Assembly: GCA_031385045.1 (NCBI GenBank)
Contig: JANNBC010000024.1
Coordinates: 224,001 to 288,000 of the forward strand
Source of the DNA: a bacterium
GTDB lineage: Bacteria > Bdellovibrionota_C > UBA2361 > CALJRW01
DNA length: 64,000 nt
Reading direction: 5' to 3'
Shown here: piece after piece, positions 60,707-64,000 of the stretch
How positions within the stretch are numbered: position 1 is the stretch's first letter
How the letters are laid out: each line of letters starts with the position of its first letter
Made by a program: the position numbers and the translations under genes
The notes under the pieces: model-generated
Seen by the model: the letters and a program-made list of their open reading frames with translations, nothing else
Databases searched by the model: none
Told to the model about the DNA's origin: nothing

Positions 60707-61964
60707 TTTTGAATCCATAAGCAAAATAAATTGCCACTAAATAGCAAGTTGCTGGTATTCCAGCATAAAGAATAATTAATCCATTATTAACAATACTACT
60801 TTGAACTATCCCAGCTTGATACCCAATTAATTCTAAAATCGGAAAAGCGCAACCGGCAGCGATTGCTGCCGAAAGTTTTTTTGCTAAGGACCAATAACCA
60901 ATCATTTGAGCAGCAAGATTTTGCTGAGATTCCTTACTGCACTTTTCCGCAACATCTGCCTGAAGCGACGCTGGGACAATAATTGCACCACCAAGTCCAA
61001 AACTAGATAAAATAATAATTAGCAAATAATAATATTCGTCTCCCGAGCCTAAAAAAAGTACTGCCAAGAAAGACCCCGTCGATAAGCTTAAACTTTGCAA
61101 CCATGCTTTTAATTTACCAACTTTCTTAGTCCAGTAAATCCAAAAGGGCATAAAAATTAAGACTCCCAAGAAATACAAAAAAATAAACTGATTCCCTAAC
61201 TTACTAGCAAGAACATGATCAATATAAAAAAGAATCATTGCTCCCGATAAAGTAGATCCAAAACTTGTTAAAGCATATGTGATTAAAAGATTCTTAAATC
61301 CTGAATATTGCCATAAGCTTTTTAAGCTCTGACTTTTAACTCGTTCTTTATTTGATATTACGAACTTACTATCTGGTAAAAGATAGTAACAGATCAGGGC
61401 TCCTGTCAGCAAAATTATCGCATAAACCAAACCAGCCCAAAATAAATAACTGAAATCATCACTAGGTTTTAAATTTATTTTTTGAAAAAGTACTGGGAAT
61501 AAGGAAGCTATTACTGTTCCTAGTAGCAAAAATCCTTCACGTGTTCCTAGAATCTTAGTTCTTTGGTTCGTGTCTGAATCTAGACTTAGGCCCAATGTTT
61601 GATAGGGCACAGAGAAACAACTCCAAGAAATATAAAAGAAAATGGAAAAGAGCAGGAACCAAAGTAGTGGAGAAATTAACTGAGGAGGATTTGTAAGCGC
61701 GATAAAACTTACTCCTAAAGGAAGTGCAACAAGAACAATTAACTTTCTTTGAAAATCAGGAAAACGATCCACTAATCTGCCAATCAGAGGATCAAATATG
61801 GCATCAGCTATTCGAGTCAAAATAACAATAATACCAAACCAAAATGCGGACACTCCTAAGGTATCAACATAATATTTAGGAAGAAAAACATAATAGGAAA
61901 AGGCCACTGCCGAAAGTCCCAGTGCTGAGAAAGAGTAGAGCAATGACGTTTTTAAGATATTCAT
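60699..61964 (-). CDS. MFS transporter, GPH/MelB-like
   Basis: RIADAIFDPLIGRLVD and about 12 TM helices. Confidence 0.85.
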   Translation of the reverse strand: MNILKTSLLYSFSALGLSAVAFSYYVFLPKYYVDTLGVSAFWFGIIVILTRIADAIFDPLIGRLVDRFPDFQRKLIVLVALPLGVSFIALTNPPQLISPLLWFLLFSIFFYISWSCFSVPYQTLGLSLDSDTNQRTKILGTREGFLLLGTVIASLFPVLFQKINLKPSDDFSYLFWAGLVYAIILLTGALICYYLLPDSKFVISNKERVKSQSLKSLWQYSGFKNLLITYALTSFGSTLSGAMILFYIDHVLASKLGNQFIFLYFLGVLIFMPFWIYWTKKVGKLKAWLQSLSLSTGSFLAVLFLGSGDEYYYLLIIILSSFGLGGAIIVPASLQADVAEKCSKESQQNLAAQMIGYWSLAKKLSAAIAAGCAFPILELIGYQAGIVQSSIVNNGLIILYAGIPATCYLVAIYFAYGFKNE

Positions 61965-61982
61965 TGGTCATTGCATACCAAG

Positions 61983-62279
61983 CTAATCGATTTTAGTTAC
62001 TTCTTCTTCTAACTTTGAAGCAATCTTCTTTCGACAGCAATCAGTCATCTTATGATTAGGAGAATGATTTTTAAAAGCTTCTGATTTTGCAACTGTGTCT
62101 AATGATTTAATTTGACGATAAAACCGACGACAGAAGGTACAATGAAAATGATGAATATAAAAAGTTATTTTTTCCGCCAAAGAAAGTTTGCGGTCAAGAT
62201 AGTGCGAGGAGAGCTCTGAGTATCTTTGACAGGAGACAATAAAAAACAACCCTAGAAATTTGGACAATATTTTACTCAT
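61983..62279 (-). CDS. Zinc-binding anti-sigma factor (zf-HC2/ZAS)
   Basis: SC...S.YLD.L...HHFHCTFC (HxxxCxxC); ATGA overlap with the sigma gene. Confidence 0.85.
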   Translation of the reverse strand: MSKILSKFLGLFFIVSCQRYSELSSHYLDRKLSLAEKITFYIHHFHCTFCRRFYRQIKSLDTVAKSEAFKNHSPNHKMTDCCRKKIASKLEEEVTKID

Positions 62280-62839
62280 TTTTTATACCAATTTTTTTGC
62301 AGGCAATTCCTAAGTCTGGCTCTAATTCTATATAAGATAGTCCAGTAGTTTGACGGAGAGATATCTAATACTTGGCAAACTTCTTCAGCTTCTTTTCCTT
62401 CAAGGTATTTAAGAATAAAAACCCTTCTCATGTTTTCCGGAAGTTTTTCGACGCATTTTTGAAAAGCCTCAATAAACTCCTCATTTTCAATAACCATATC
62501 TGGGTGTTCTAACCAATTGGGTACATAGGTCTTCCAGATTCCCCAAGCATTGAAATTATTATCATCGTCTGGGCCAGGCTCAAGGTTAAAATTATAACTA
62601 ACAGTATCTTCCTTACTAGTCTTGCGGAAGTTATCGATGATTTTATTGCGAAGAATACTAGTTAACCAAGTCTTTTCAGTTGAACGTCCAGCAAAACCAG
62701 CCCTAGCCCGCCACCCAGCCATTAGCGTATCTTGGACCAAGTCTTCAGCTAATTCTGAGTTTTTTACCCTAGAAAGGGCGTAATTATAGAGATAATCACC
62801 GTAATTATCTAACCATGTTTTTGGATCAAAATCATTCAT
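62276..62839 (-). CDS. ECF sigma-70 factor
   Basis: AEDLVQDT, TWLTSILRNKIID and LYRIRARLRNCL. Confidence 0.92.
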   Translation of the reverse strand: MNDFDPKTWLDNYGDYLYNYALSRVKNSELAEDLVQDTLMAGWRARAGFAGRSTEKTWLTSILRNKIIDNFRKTSKEDTVSYNFNLEPGPDDDNNFNAWGIWKTYVPNWLEHPDMVIENEEFIEAFQKCVEKLPENMRRVFILKYLEGKEAEEVCQVLDISPSNYWTILYRIRARLRNCLQKNWYKK

Positions 62840-62974
62840 TCTTGTGGGTTAGAGTATTCAATTCCAGCAATTAAGAAAAGAGCGAAACATGTAATTATCT
62901 AAACATGGAACACAATCTGCCCTTTAGAACCTAAAGAGACGTTAAAAAAGTTTCTTACTGACTTTTTATATAAA

Positions 62975-63622
62975 CTATCTACGAAAAAGCTTAGCACGCA
63001 CCACTTCCGTTCCTAAAGTATTGATTGCCTGGTATCCGATCTGTTTTAATTCTAGAGCAAAGCTTTTTAGTTCATCAAAAAATCCTTTAGCTGACCACTT
63101 ATGTACTTGAAAATCATTAACATCACCAATTCCTACTTGTATATTACCTTCGAATTTAGCAGCAACATCAACAAGTAACTCTGCTGCTGATTGCCTAACA
63201 AAGAAAGCCTCCTTTAGATCTACTCCTCGCTCGTGTAAGACATGGTCAATTATGCCAAGCAAAAAACTTTCTGGACATACCTTCGCAAAACAGCGTCCAC
63301 TTAGTTCTAGAAGATTTTTAATAATAACAGCTGATTGAGAAGTTGAATATTCATGATTTGAAGCTATAATTATAATAGCTGTAGCAGAAGTTAAAAAATG
63401 GCTGCATTCTTTAATTAATTGCCTTTGTTCCTCAGATAACCTTAGACTTCCTGCACGAACTGTTAAGCTTGCCTCATTTATAGTCCGATTTAGATCTGTT
63501 AAGGCAAGCACCAAAGGTTCATGATGACTAACAACCTCGCGGAGTTTTAACTGTGTGAGATAAGAATCCACATTGACCGCGGTGTTGTCAGGTTGATGGT
63601 TTAGATTAGCAATATGCATCAA
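62975..63622 (-). CDS. Hypothetical protein
   Basis: 215-aa helical-looking ORF; no motif recognised. Confidence 0.6.
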   Translation of the reverse strand: MMHIANLNHQPDNTAVNVDSYLTQLKLREVVSHHEPLVLALTDLNRTINEASLTVRAGSLRLSEEQRQLIKECSHFLTSATAIIIIASNHEYSTSQSAVIIKNLLELSGRCFAKVCPESFLLGIIDHVLHERGVDLKEAFFVRQSAAELLVDVAAKFEGNIQVGIGDVNDFQVHKWSAKGFFDELKSFALELKQIGYQAINTLGTEVVRAKLFRR

Positions 63623-63723
63623 ACAATAAATCTTAAAATCTATAGATTATGATTCGAGCTTATATTAAATCTTAACCTTAAGCTAAGTTTATTTATCTAG
63701 ATAATTTTTCTGAACAATTTGAA

Positions 63724-63972
63724 TTAGGCTGCCTGCCGCCATTCCCACTGCATTCTTTCCACCGTTCCAGGAAGAGAACGATCTACAATTTCTAACATAG
63801 CAATCAAAGTATCTTGCTCCATCATGCTTAATTCGCTTGGATGTGGAAATAATGAGAGTAGGGTATCAACCACACCCTCTGGGCTTAAACGAAACATTCC
63901 CGCTTCGCAAAATTTTTCGGCAATTTCTAGAATATCAAAGGCATATTCAAATTTTAAAGCCTCGATAAACAT
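63724..63972 (-). CDS. Small acidic hypothetical protein
   Basis: 82-aa ORF with plausible composition. Confidence 0.55.
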   Translation of the reverse strand: MFIEALKFEYAFDILEIAEKFCEAGMFRLSPEGVVDTLLSLFPHPSELSMMEQDTLIAMLEIVDRSLPGTVERMQWEWRQAA

Positions 63973-64000
63973 TGGCTCTAAATCTTTTATAAAAATGTAA

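Noticed and set aside
1..64000. CRISPR array, tRNA/rRNA, prophage, integron attC sites
   Set aside because: I saw no regularly spaced repeats, cloverleafs, phage genes or integrase. The palindromes lack RYYYAAC/GTTRRRY ends. This was a by-eye scan, so a small RNA could be missed.

Overview
This is an AT-rich bacterial chromosomal window in the standard genetic code; TGA acts as a stop, as several ATGA stop/start overlaps show. It mixes housekeeping genes (glyQS, trmFO, hisG, hisH, proC, murJ, rsmE, menG/ubiE, bcp, rfbA, cspA, dbpA) with lineage-specific accessory genes. I saw no rRNA, tRNA, CRISPR array, integrase or transposase. The main points are: (1) a co-oriented minus-strand cluster at 37.6-45.5 kb with very divergent TraW-, TraU- and TrbC-like F-type pilus proteins and a low-complexity lytic transglycosylase, set among housekeeping genes with no relaxase, coupling protein or integrase in view; (2) a 1705-aa protein joining an M48-like HExxH peptidase to a UbiB/ABC1-like kinase domain; (3) a family of TATACT...AGTATA-ended palindromic intergenic elements, including a 50-bp unit present twice at 46/50 identity and a multi-hairpin mosaic upstream of rfbA; (4) a PRTase-HAD fusion, nucleoside hydrolase and ribokinase module in which two divergent genes share one CATG for their start codons; (5) an ABC transporter with an in-frame TGA 27 codons before its natural end; (6) an ECF sigma/anti-sigma-led fatty-acid modification operon with a DUF1365-CFA synthase fusion. 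All family assignments come from motif recognition by eye, not from database searches.
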